This document shows positions 48,798 through 57,931 of a stretch of 64,000 nt of DNA, piece by piece (position 1 is the first letter of the stretch; each line of letters starts with the position of its first letter). The DNA comes from Leptospiraceae bacterium (GTDB lineage: Bacteria; Spirochaetota; Leptospiria; Leptospirales; Leptonemataceae): the NCBI GenBank assembly GCA_040217195.1, contig JAVJNR010000003.1, forward strand, positions 96,001-160,000. The letters are read 5' to 3'. The notes beneath the pieces are model-generated. The model was not told the DNA's origin and ran no database searches. It saw only the letters and a list, made by a program, of their open reading frames with translations. A program made the translations under genes and the position numbers.

Positions 48798-49571
48798 ATG
48801 GAGCCTGAGTTTCAATGGACCGTTCCGCTAGGCCATCCCTGGGATGAAAGCCTTCCTCCAGGACCGACGCTCTATGTTGTGGCCACTCCCATTGGAAATC
48901 TGGAAGATATTACCATTCGTGCTTTGAGGGTATTGAACGGTGTGGATGTAATTCTAAGCGAGGATACTCGAAAAAGCCAGCGATTGCTGCAACGATATAA
49001 GATTCAAACGACTCAGAAATCCTTTCGGGTGCATCAAATCCGCGCCGATGTGGCCCATGCCCTGGAGCAGCTCAAGCAGGGAAAAACCCTGGCCTTGATT
49101 TCAGATGCGGGAACGCCAGGCATATCGGATCCTGGAAGCCATCTTGTACGCCAGGTAAGAGAGGACTTACCGGATTGCCCGATCATCCCCATTCCTGGCC
49201 CTTCAGCCCTGAGCGCTGCATTATCCATTTGTGGCTGGCAGACTAATCCCACCACATTTCTGGGATTCTTGCCGCGAAAACCAGGCAAAATGAGAAGTGC
49301 TCTGGAGTCAGGTTCCGCAGATGCCGTTCTGGTAATATATGAGTCGGTCCATCGAATCAAGAAAACCCTGGAGTTTCTGAGAGCGGAGTTGCCCCAAAGG
49401 CCTATACTTCTGGGACGCGAGATTACCAAGCTTCATGAACAATGGATTCAGTGGCTGCCAGAAAGGGAAATGCCCCAATTTACGGAAAAAGGTGAGTTTG
49501 TGATCCTTATGGGTCCTGCAAGATCAATAAAAAAAGAAGCAGAAGCTGCGGATTCTCAGGATGGTTGGTAG
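48798..49571 (+). CDS. rsmI: 16S rRNA (cytidine-1402-2'-O)-methyltransferase
   Basis: LYVVATPIGNLEDIT.RA, EDTR, SDAGTPGISDPG, REITKLHE. Confidence 0.95.
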   Translation: MEPEFQWTVPLGHPWDESLPPGPTLYVVATPIGNLEDITIRALRVLNGVDVILSEDTRKSQRLLQRYKIQTTQKSFRVHQIRADVAHALEQLKQGKTLALISDAGTPGISDPGSHLVRQVREDLPDCPIIPIPGPSALSAALSICGWQTNPTTFLGFLPRKPGKMRSALESGSADAVLVIYESVHRIKKTLEFLRAELPQRPILLGREITKLHEQWIQWLPEREMPQFTEKGEFVILMGPARSIKKEAEAADSQDGW

Positions 49572-49687
49572 TCTAACAGATGGCTGAAAAAGACATAATC
49601 CGGGGCCAAAATCCCAAAATTCCCGGGTTTGACGGGGAAAATTGTAATTTTAAACTGGAAAAAAGGCTCCGGAAATAGAAAAATCGT

Positions 49688-49714
49688 TCAGAAAATCCCA
49701 CAAGGGGCCGATAT
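49688..49714 (+). promoter_or_regulatory. Sigma-28 (FliA) promoter of flgM
   Basis: TCAG-N15-GCCGATAT versus consensus TAAA-N15-GCCGATAA, 20 nt upstream of the flgM ATG. Confidence 0.8.
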
Positions 49715-49734
49715 AAATCCCAGAGGTAACTGGA

Positions 49735-50028
49735 ATGGTAGTTGATAAAATTGGCGGCGTTGGCCCGGGCTACGGTCCAAAGAAATCGGAACCTCAGGTT
49801 CGCAACGAGGCTCCGGCCAAGTCCGGAGATAAAGTAACCATCTCCGAGGAAGCGTCTCGCGCTGCCAGTGTAGCGAGAATTCAAAAGCTGGCTCATACAG
49901 AGGAAACCTCCCGAAGCCAGAGACTGGATGAAATTCGGGAAAAACTGGCCCGCGGTGATTACAATGAAATTACCGATGAAGTGGCCCAGAGCATTGCAGA
50001 TCGCATTGCGGATTCCTTCCTGGGATAA
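49735..50028 (+). CDS. flgM: Anti-sigma-28 factor FlgM
   Basis: DKVTISEEA and R..RLDEIREKLARGDY....AQSIAD motifs; sigma28 promoter; GAGG RBS. Confidence 0.85.
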   Translation: MVVDKIGGVGPGYGPKKSEPQVRNEAPAKSGDKVTISEEASRAASVARIQKLAHTEETSRSQRLDEIREKLARGDYNEITDEVAQSIADRIADSFLG

Positions 50029-50063
50029 GCCCACCCTGATTCCTGCGGCTTGTTCCGCTACAC

Positions 50064-50091
50064 AGGGGTCGCATTGGAGCGGCCCCTTTTT
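50064..50091 (+). terminator. Terminator after flgM
   Basis: AGGGGTCGC-N6-GCGGCCCCT plus T-run, between convergent genes. Confidence 0.75.
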
Positions 50092-50095
50092 CGTT

Positions 50096-50554
50096 TTATG
50101 ACTCTTCGTCTGTGACCAACCAGAGGGTCCGCCCCTTTCTGGCATTGCCATCCCAGTAGAACAGTGCAGCCTGCCCCAGAGAGCCTGCAAGACTACTGAT
50201 ATAAGCCAATTGAAACTTTTGAGGACCGGTTTCCAGAGCCACTGCAAAAGAGGGCTCTTCATGGGTTCTTTCTTGATTCCGACCCAGAGCACGATAGAAA
50301 CTCAATTCCGCCTTCTGGAGAGCTGACTGAAGATATTGATTGGCTTTCTGGTTCTGAAGATCCGTAGGCCTGAGCCTTCCCGGATTATATCCTGTAATGA
50401 AGATCAGGTCTGAATCTGGCAGGGGACCGGAAAGCAAACCTTCCCTGGAAAGAACGGTGATATCCCCTGCAGGCCAGAATAGCTCGAATACTGCCTCACC
50501 ATACTCCGGGAACTTTTTTCGCTGAATCTTTTCGAATTCGGACCAATCCTTCAT
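50096..50554 (-). CDS. DUF3293 family protein
   Basis: FITGYNPG, NQKAN..L, EEPSF, GQAALF motifs. Start moved to ATG 50554. Confidence 0.78.
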   Translation of the reverse strand: MKDWSEFEKIQRKKFPEYGEAVFELFWPAGDITVLSREGLLSGPLPDSDLIFITGYNPGRLRPTDLQNQKANQYLQSALQKAELSFYRALGRNQERTHEEPSFAVALETGPQKFQLAYISSLAGSLGQAALFYWDGNARKGRTLWLVTDEES

Positions 50555-50665
50555 TATGTTAACTCCGGACTCCGGCGAGTGAAAATCTTCCGGAATGAAT
50601 ACCCGGGGAATTCCGCGGCTCCAGCAAGGAGGTCCCAAGGGAGCTCCTTGCTGGATATATCGTTT

Positions 50666-51715
50666 TTATCGATATCTTTCTACTTCTGTGCCAATTCGAT
50701 CAATGATTTCGAAATAGCTCTTCTGCACCGGACTTTCTTCAAGAATGGAATAAGGGGTACCATCTTCGCCGGACTCCATGATTTCAGTCATTAATGGAAG
50801 ATTGCCCAGAAATGGAACCTTGTATTTCGCTGCGAAAGCTGGCCCACCATTCTTGGAGAAGATATGGCTGGATTTGCCACAATGAGGACAAATGAATTCG
50901 CTCATATTCTCGATGATCCCCAGAACAGGAACCTTAACTTCCTGAAACATGGCTACAGCTCGGGTGGCATCCTGAATGGCTACATTTTGAGGAGTGGTAA
51001 CGATTAAAGCCCCGTCCAGATCCACAAGTTGAGCCAGAGAAAGCTGAACATCTCCGGTACCGGGTGGAAGATCGATTAGTAGATAGTCCAGTTCTCCCCA
51101 GATGATTTCATACAGGAATTGCTCCACTGCTTTTCCCAGCATGGGCCCGCGCCAGATTACAGCCTGGTCCGGGTTTAAAAGAAAGGAAAATGAAATTACT
51201 TTAACTCCATGAGCCTGTGGCGGCTCCACTTTGCGTTTTCCATCGCCGAACAGTGGCTGCTTACCGCCCAGACCGAACATTTTGCCTATAGAGGGACCAT
51301 AGATATCTGCATCCAGAAGGCCCACTTTCAGCCCTCTTTTGGCCATGGCTGCAGCCAGATTCGCACTGACCGTGGATTTACCTACTCCGCCTTTACCAGA
51401 ACCTATGGCGATGATGTTCTTAATACCTCGAATTCGGTTTCCGATTTCTTCGGGCTTGAGCGATTCATCTACTGTGAATCGAATCTTAAACTTTTTGGGA
51501 ATATCCAGCTTCGTTAGAAAGCCTCGAATCTGGGCTTCCAGGGCGATCTGGGTCTTTCGATCCGGGTCAGGCGACTTAAGGTTTAATCGAATGCTATCGT
51601 CTTCTTCCTGCAAGTTGTCCAGCATGCCAATTTCGGCCAGGGACATTTTATAAGCAGGATGCTCTATTTTTCCCAGAGCTTCTTGAATCTGGGATTCTAT
51701 CTTCTTCAGGTCCAT
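50666..51715 (-). CDS. mrp: Mrp/NBP35 (ApbC) Fe-S cluster carrier ATPase
   Basis: GSGKGGVGKST, DADIYGPS, WRGPM, DLPPGTGD, ENMS..ICPHC; AAAGGA RBS before ATG 51715. Confidence 0.95.
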   Translation of the reverse strand: MDLKKIESQIQEALGKIEHPAYKMSLAEIGMLDNLQEEDDSIRLNLKSPDPDRKTQIALEAQIRGFLTKLDIPKKFKIRFTVDESLKPEEIGNRIRGIKNIIAIGSGKGGVGKSTVSANLAAAMAKRGLKVGLLDADIYGPSIGKMFGLGGKQPLFGDGKRKVEPPQAHGVKVISFSFLLNPDQAVIWRGPMLGKAVEQFLYEIIWGELDYLLIDLPPGTGDVQLSLAQLVDLDGALIVTTPQNVAIQDATRAVAMFQEVKVPVLGIIENMSEFICPHCGKSSHIFSKNGGPAFAAKYKVPFLGNLPLMTEIMESGEDGTPYSILEESPVQKSYFEIIDRIGTEVERYR

Positions 51716-51917
51716 GTAAGATCCTTTAAAATTCTGTGGATTGCCCCGGATGCAGTGGGGGCTTCCCTCTGCGGGGCTTTCGCGTACCGTTCCGGGGGGA
51801 CGCCGGAAAAATACCAAAGTAAAGCTCTTGAGGCCATCCTTTTGAGTCCAATCCTGCAGGCCACTCTTTTGATTTTTCTCAATTGACCGTTACCGGTAAT
51901 GCAACATCCCGGTAATC

Positions 51918-52634
51918 ATGGACTTTAATGTAGGGGATGACATCCGAAGCACCGATGCATCATGGACATTCGGTGGCGATGTGCCCCGCACATTCGACTC
52001 CCACGTGGGCAGATCCGTTCCATTATACCAGGAAGGGCATAATCTAATCACAGCACTTTCGGACTATTTCCTGGCGGATGGCTCTGTGGTCTATGACCTG
52101 GGCGCCAGTACCGGCAGCCTCCTTTCCAGACTAGCCCAACAGCATAAAGGAAAGCCCAATCTAAGACTGATTGGAATCGATCGCGAAGAGGCCATGATTC
52201 AGGAAGCCCGTCAGCGAACTGCAGAGGAACCGAGGATTGAGATGCAATGCCAGGAGCTCCTGGATCTGGAAATGGAAAGTTCCGATCTGGTAGTTTCCTA
52301 TTATACCATGCAGTTCGTGCGGCCGGCCCATCGCCAGTCTATTGTGAACAGAATCTACGAAAGCATGAACTGGGGCGGAGCGCTGCTACTATTTGAAAAA
52401 ACCAGGGGACCGGATGCAAGATTTCAGGACATACTCACCGGACTCTATAACGATTTCAAACTGGAAAGAGGATTCAATCCAGAGGAGATTATTGGAAAAT
52501 CCAAGAGCTTAAAGGGAGTTCTGGAACCATTCTCAACACAGGGGAATCTGGATATGCTGGCTCGTGCTGGCTTCAAGGATATGATGGTCATTATGAAGTA
52601 TATCTGCTTCGAAGGCTTCCTGGCCATTAAATAG
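51918..52634 (+). CDS. CmoA-like SAM-dependent methyltransferase
   Basis: WTF...V...FDSHV.RSVPLY, YDLGASTG, YTMQF, GGALLLFEK, FK...GF..EEI. Confidence 0.8.
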   Translation: MDFNVGDDIRSTDASWTFGGDVPRTFDSHVGRSVPLYQEGHNLITALSDYFLADGSVVYDLGASTGSLLSRLAQQHKGKPNLRLIGIDREEAMIQEARQRTAEEPRIEMQCQELLDLEMESSDLVVSYYTMQFVRPAHRQSIVNRIYESMNWGGALLLFEKTRGPDARFQDILTGLYNDFKLERGFNPEEIIGKSKSLKGVLEPFSTQGNLDMLARAGFKDMMVIMKYICFEGFLAIK

Positions 52635-52643
52635 GAATTTTGA

Positions 52644-53426
52644 ATGAAAGCATTAATGATATCGATTGGAAATTTCTTCTTCAAATGGAGAGATACTGTA
52701 CTGAGCCTGATTCTTGTAGCTGCATTGATTCTGGTGGCCTACCCGGGAAAGGATCTACCACCTATTGCCGGCTTACAGACCTGGAAAATCTCTGTGACAA
52801 ATGAGATCTTTATCTCCTTAATTGGGTTTTTGATCGTTGTGGCCGGTCAGGTTGTTCGAGCCGTGACCATAGGCTGGGCCTACATAAAGAGAGGCGGACT
52901 GAACAAGAAGATCTACGCAGAAACACTTGTACGACAGGGAATGTTTGCGCACAGTCGCAATCCACTGTATCTGGGAAATCTTCTAATTGCTACCGGTGCT
53001 CTGGTATCTGTGAATCAGTTCTGGTACTGGGTAGCGGTTCTGCCCATGGTCTACTTTCTGTATTATTCCATCATCTTCGCCGAGGAAAGATTCCTCCGAG
53101 GTAAATTCGGCGCTGAATACGACAAATATGAAAAGGAAGTGAATCGGCTAATGCTGGGCAATCTCAAGGATTGGGCCAAATCCACGGAAGGGATGAGCTT
53201 TACCTGGAAGCGACTGATCAACAAGGAGCATGGATCCTTTGCGGTTATCTTTACCGCTCTTGCACTTTATAATCTTCTAAAGTTTCATTTTCGTCATGAT
53301 CTTGGCTGGACCGATCCGGGGGCCATGGCACTGTATGCTGGAATGGGAGCCATACTCACCTTCCAGGTGGTTGCAGCAACTCTGAAAAGAATGCATAAAC
53401 TGGAATGGGATCCGGCTCGACCGTAA
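52644..53426 (+). CDS. ICMT/PEMT-family integral membrane methyltransferase
   Basis: GNFFFKWR, GMFAHSRNPLYLGN, AEERFL..KFG.EY..Y. Confidence 0.88.
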   Translation: MKALMISIGNFFFKWRDTVLSLILVAALILVAYPGKDLPPIAGLQTWKISVTNEIFISLIGFLIVVAGQVVRAVTIGWAYIKRGGLNKKIYAETLVRQGMFAHSRNPLYLGNLLIATGALVSVNQFWYWVAVLPMVYFLYYSIIFAEERFLRGKFGAEYDKYEKEVNRLMLGNLKDWAKSTEGMSFTWKRLINKEHGSFAVIFTALALYNLLKFHFRHDLGWTDPGAMALYAGMGAILTFQVVAATLKRMHKLEWDPARP

Positions 53427-53441
53427 GGAACCGGCAAACAA

Positions 53442-53837
53442 ATGGAATATATAGAGAAAGATTCTGAAATAAAAGTTAGAGCAACAAAAGGCCTGTATCG
53501 CATGGTTCTGGTATCCGGAATTGCATTTTGCGTAATTGCATCCCTGAACCTGATGGGCTGGCTGGCTCAAATGGAAAAAGCCCCATATGGCTGGTTAACC
53601 ATGCTATTTTTTCTAATTCCTGGAGTCTCTCTGGTCTGGGCTTATTACAAACGAGAAGAAAAGAATCTGCTGTCTCATCGTATCATTCGGATTTCAGGAA
53701 TCTGGATTGCCATGTCTCTGTTTGCATTTCCTTCGACTCTGTCGCAAAGCCCGGTAGCAGGTCTTCTGGTCGTGGCTGTATTTACTCTTGGCCTGGCTCT
53801 GTTCTTTTCCAGCAATCGATTTCGCAACAATACCTGA
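53442..53837 (+). CDS. Four-TM hypothetical membrane protein
   Basis: Four hydrophobic segments; 15 nt after the previous gene. Confidence 0.65.
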   Translation: MEYIEKDSEIKVRATKGLYRMVLVSGIAFCVIASLNLMGWLAQMEKAPYGWLTMLFFLIPGVSLVWAYYKREEKNLLSHRIIRISGIWIAMSLFAFPSTLSQSPVAGLLVVAVFTLGLALFFSSNRFRNNT

Positions 53838-54087
53838 AACGGATAGTACAGTTCAGAAATTTCGACTTTTGCTTTCGTTCGTTGGGTAGCCTCTAAATGC
53901 GCAGCGATAAGACGATTGCAGCGCTCTGCTTCAGGGCCTGAAGATCCAATCAATTACATGGGCGCATTGCAGGCCCGGTGGGCCCCGTTCCTGCCCACCA
54001 GAGACAGGTTGAAATCAATGAGTAGGTCTCTGATAAATCAATCTCTGATAAATCATACTCTGGTAAGGACGGTTATTGTAGGGATTG

Positions 54088-54555
54088 CTATGAATCCTCT
54101 GCAACAGAGGCGGATTCTTTTTCCAGGTCTGCAGACTGATAGATGACCGGAGCATCACCCCAGAGTCTTTCCAGGTTATAGAAGGATCTTTGTTCCGGCA
54201 AAAATAGATGAAGAACTACGTCACCAAAATCCTGGATTACCCAGCCGGATTCCACTTCCTCGGCTTTAATGCCCCGGGCTACCAGCTGATGGCCCAATCG
54301 TTTTTGGATTTCACGAGCAAGGGTCTTGAGCTGTACCATTGAATTGGCAGTTGCAATTACAAAGATACAGAAATACGGATTTACCTTTTCCAGGTTCATG
54401 CAGAGTATTCGGCCGGCGGACTTTTCTTCCAGGACGGTCACGATTTCGCTGGCCAGTCCATGAGCTTCTGGATCCACTCCCTGGCTTATTAGCGCTCTGC
54501 CGGGAGCTTCTCGGGCCGATCCACCACGGACACTCTGTTTGCGGGCTTCAGACAT
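54088..54555 (-). CDS. rsfS: Ribosome silencing factor
   Basis: FVIATANS..Q, WVIQDFGDVVLHLF...RSFYNLERLWGDA. Confidence 0.93.
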   Translation of the reverse strand: MSEARKQSVRGGSAREAPGRALISQGVDPEAHGLASEIVTVLEEKSAGRILCMNLEKVNPYFCIFVIATANSMVQLKTLAREIQKRLGHQLVARGIKAEEVESGWVIQDFGDVVLHLFLPEQRSFYNLERLWGDAPVIYQSADLEKESASVAEDS

Positions 54556-54592
54556 TCAGTTGCCATTTCCCGGGGATAGGCTCTGGTATCAA

Positions 54593-55741
54593 TCAGTACT
54601 TCAGATCCTTAATCTGAAAGTCATCTCCCAGAATAAAGGTTCCATAGATATCCAGAGGCTGCCTCAGAAAGAATACCCTTTCCCGGGGCCGACCAGTTTT
54701 GTAGGCAATCCGGCGTGCTATGGAAAAACTGCCGGAACGCTCAAGAACCACGCTTTCCGGCAACGGTTTTCGCTCAAAATTGTCTGCATAAAGAACTTCG
54801 GTGCCGCTTCCATGCAGGAATTGCTTCACTCGTCCGGCCAGGCCGGCTTTTTCAGTTCCATTCTGAACATCCATGGGGAAAGAGGCTGTATCCAGAGCGC
54901 CTGTACGCATCTCCTGGAGGAACTTTTCATAAAGTTCTGCGCAACGCTCTTCGTTCACAGCCAGTCTTTTTTCGTAGGGGTTCTTTGGATCCTCTTCGAA
55001 TTGCAGCGGGGTTTCCAGAGCAAATACATCCAGTTCCTCTTCGGTGGCAAAATACATCAGCAAGGAGCCAAATTCTTCGGTGGTTAAATCGGTTTCCGCC
55101 AGACTGTAAAGAAATGGGATCACCCCATCCCCTTCCAGAAATTCCTGCTTTTCGGGCAATTGCCATAAAAGATTCAAAACAATGCTTTCTGTGCGAAATA
55201 GTCGATCCATCTGAGCCAGGTGATCCGATCCACGCTCCAGCGGTATGGCCCCATGCGAAAATTCCATGGCCTGATGACCGGAAAGAAACTGGATACCATG
55301 TGGATACTGGTACCTGGCATCCTTGATCACCACCGGCTGAGGTAGAAATATATGCATGCCGCCCAGAAAATCGATGAATCGGCCCATGTTTTTCTCTGTG
55401 AAATACAGGTTGTAGTCGGCCCCACTGCCCACCCATTGTCTGAAACGGTCCGCGGAAAAGGCTGATAGAGTTGAGATATTCTCCTCTTCATCCGGATAAT
55501 GGCTGCCAGTATTCAGAAAGTAAAACACCGCTTTGTTCTCAGCCGGATAAAGCATGAGCCTGGCGAAGCTCAAGAGAGGGCCTTCCTCATCCTTCTGCAC
55601 TGAGAAACGTATGGAAAATGGCTCCTCATCAGCGATACGAGCAGCCACATCATCGGCAAAAAAACCTCGAATCCACTGAAATAGAAAAAAGGCAGCCATC
55701 AGAACTGCCAGAAGCACAAGAAATTTCACAAATCGATTCAT
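54593..55741 (-). CDS. LCP-family protein with LytR C-terminal domain
   Basis: N-terminal TM, FIDFLGG, C-terminal VQNGT..AGLA...ILGDDF; adjacent to rsfS. Confidence 0.78.
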   Translation of the reverse strand: MNRFVKFLVLLAVLMAAFFLFQWIRGFFADDVAARIADEEPFSIRFSVQKDEEGPLLSFARLMLYPAENKAVFYFLNTGSHYPDEEENISTLSAFSADRFRQWVGSGADYNLYFTEKNMGRFIDFLGGMHIFLPQPVVIKDARYQYPHGIQFLSGHQAMEFSHGAIPLERGSDHLAQMDRLFRTESIVLNLLWQLPEKQEFLEGDGVIPFLYSLAETDLTTEEFGSLLMYFATEEELDVFALETPLQFEEDPKNPYEKRLAVNEERCAELYEKFLQEMRTGALDTASFPMDVQNGTEKAGLAGRVKQFLHGSGTEVLYADNFERKPLPESVVLERSGSFSIARRIAYKTGRPRERVFFLRQPLDIYGTFILGDDFQIKDLKY

Positions 55742-55789
55742 AAAGTTACTACTCCGCCCGCCTGGACTGTAGCATAAGCCATGCCAGGA

Positions 55790-57931
55790 TTAAGCCTGAG
55801 CGCCGGCCATTTCTTCTTCGGCCTTGCTACGCAGACTTAGCTGACTGACAGCCTCCACCTCAATGTCCGAGGGGATTTCTTCATGGGCCAGTACTGCGAA
55901 GTTTCTGATGGGAAACAGGCGTTCAAGTATATAAAAAATGCCGGCCCGCACCGCTGCACTGGTAAGGAATACTGCATTTCGCCCGGCATCCTGGGACTTC
56001 TTCACTTCTTCTTCCAGGGAATCTCTGAGTGCAACCTGAACATCTGGCTTCAGTGACATCACAAATCCAAGTTCTGGATCCCTGTGAATACCTTCCCGAA
56101 GTCTTCGATCAAGACCAGGATCCAGGGTAATCACTCGAAGCTTTTTATCTCCTCCCAGTAGATCGCCCACAATCTGTCTTTTCAATGCCTGTCTCACAGA
56201 TTCAGTAATCAAATAGGGATCTCGGGGCTGACCGCGATCCAGGTGATCGGAAACAGTTTCCAGAATTTTGGTCATGTTTCGAATACTCACTCCCTCTTTG
56301 AGGAGGTTCTTCAGCACCGTTTGAACTTGCCCCAGGGTCATACCGTCTTTGCCCATAAGTTCATCCACCACAACCGGGTTATCCTCACGAACACTATCTA
56401 TGATACTTTTGATTTCCTGACGGCCCATGATTTCCTGGCTGTTCTGCTGGATGACGCTAGAAAGATGGGTGGCGATAACAGTGGATGGATCCACCACATC
56501 AAATCCCATACCTTCCGCTTCAGATTTTTGCGTGGGATCAATCCAGTAAGCTTTCAGTCCGTAGGTAGGCTCTTGAAAAGAAGCCAGCCCTTCCAGCGTT
56601 CCAGAAGTTCTTCCGGTATCAATGGCCATTAATTTCTCGGACTCCAGATTGGAGCCGGCGATGGAGCTACCCTGGAGTTTGATGTTATACTCCCCTGCCT
56701 CAAGATTCATATTGTCCCGAATCCGCACTGGAGGAACAATCAAGCCGCTTTCCATGGCGAATCTACGCCTCAGCCTTGATATTTGATCGAGCAAGGTTCC
56801 GCCCTGCTTGGGATCTACCAGAGGAATGAGACTGTAACCTATTTCCACTTCCAGTGGTTCTGTGCGAAGATGCTCAAGATAGGATTCAGGCTTCCTTTCT
56901 TCCGATTTTTCCTGTTCCCGTTTACTTTCTTCTTCTACCTCTCTTTGCTTGCTTCGATCCATCTGATAGCCCAGGTAGATTAGACCGGCGCCCAGAGAAG
57001 CCATGGCTATGAAAGGAAATCCTGGAAGTAATCCGGCCAGTATTAGAAAACCGCCGGTAACATACATGATTCCAGTATTGGATAGAAGCTGTGTCTTCAG
57101 ATCATGGGGCAGAGAATCTTCGGAAGTACTTCTAGATACAATAATACCGGTTGCTGCGGAAATCAAAAGAGCAGGAATTTGCGATACCAGGCCATCACCG
57201 ATAGTGAATCGTGTGTAGATTGCAAGAGCTTCGGTAAAGGATTCTCCCTGGATAGTAACACCTAGTATCAGTCCACCCACAATATTAATAGCAGTAATCA
57301 CCAGACCCAGGCGAACATCTCCCTGCACAAATTTCGAGGCACCATCCATGGCTCCATAGAAGTTCATTTCTGTTTGAAGCAGATTCCTTCTTTTTCTGGC
57401 CTCCCTTTCATCGATGTAACCTGCCTGTTGATCTGAGTCGATGGCCAACTGTTTACCGGGCAATGAATCCAGAGCAAACCTGGCAGCTACTTCAGAAACC
57501 CTGGTGGCACCTTTTGTAATTACAATGATCTGAACCAGAGTAAGGATCAAAAAGATAATGATACCCACTACATAGGAGCCCATGGAATTTCCGCCGCCCA
57601 CAACGAAAGACCCAAAAGCGCTGACCAGTGCACTATCGGCCTGATCCCCTTCCGTAAGAATCATTCTCGTAGTGGAGATGTTCACAGCCAGACGATAGAT
57701 CGTAGTGATAAGTAGCAACGTTGGGAATGCAGTAAATTCTGCAGGACTGTTCGTTCCCAGTGAAGTCATCAGAATTAGAATCGAAGAAATGAGACTAATT
57801 GCAATGAGCACGTCCAGCAGCACCCCGGGCAGAGGTACGATAATCAGTACTAAAATGAATATTACGCCCAGGCCAAGGACGGTTTCTGTGCTCTTGAAAT
57901 GTTTGGTAATCTGCTCCAACAGTTCTTTCAT
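55790..57931 (-). CDS. flhA: Flagellar export gate protein FlhA
   Basis: FPTLLL.TT.YRL..N..TTR.IL, RVSEVAARF.LD.LPGKQ.AID, FYGAMDGASKFV, GDGLVSQIP. Confidence 0.96.
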   Translation of the reverse strand: MKELLEQITKHFKSTETVLGLGVIFILVLIIVPLPGVLLDVLIAISLISSILILMTSLGTNSPAEFTAFPTLLLITTIYRLAVNISTTRMILTEGDQADSALVSAFGSFVVGGGNSMGSYVVGIIIFLILTLVQIIVITKGATRVSEVAARFALDSLPGKQLAIDSDQQAGYIDEREARKRRNLLQTEMNFYGAMDGASKFVQGDVRLGLVITAINIVGGLILGVTIQGESFTEALAIYTRFTIGDGLVSQIPALLISAATGIIVSRSTSEDSLPHDLKTQLLSNTGIMYVTGGFLILAGLLPGFPFIAMASLGAGLIYLGYQMDRSKQREVEEESKREQEKSEERKPESYLEHLRTEPLEVEIGYSLIPLVDPKQGGTLLDQISRLRRRFAMESGLIVPPVRIRDNMNLEAGEYNIKLQGSSIAGSNLESEKLMAIDTGRTSGTLEGLASFQEPTYGLKAYWIDPTQKSEAEGMGFDVVDPSTVIATHLSSVIQQNSQEIMGRQEIKSIIDSVREDNPVVVDELMGKDGMTLGQVQTVLKNLLKEGVSIRNMTKILETVSDHLDRGQPRDPYLITESVRQALKRQIVGDLLGGDKKLRVITLDPGLDRRLREGIHRDPELGFVMSLKPDVQVALRDSLEEEVKKSQDAGRNAVFLTSAAVRAGIFYILERLFPIRNFAVLAHEEIPSDIEVEAVSQLSLRSKAEEEMAGAQA

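Noticed and set aside
49573..50292. 239-aa minus-strand ORF
   Set aside because: Antisense to flgM, which has a promoter, RBS and family motifs; it also overlaps the DUF3293 gene.
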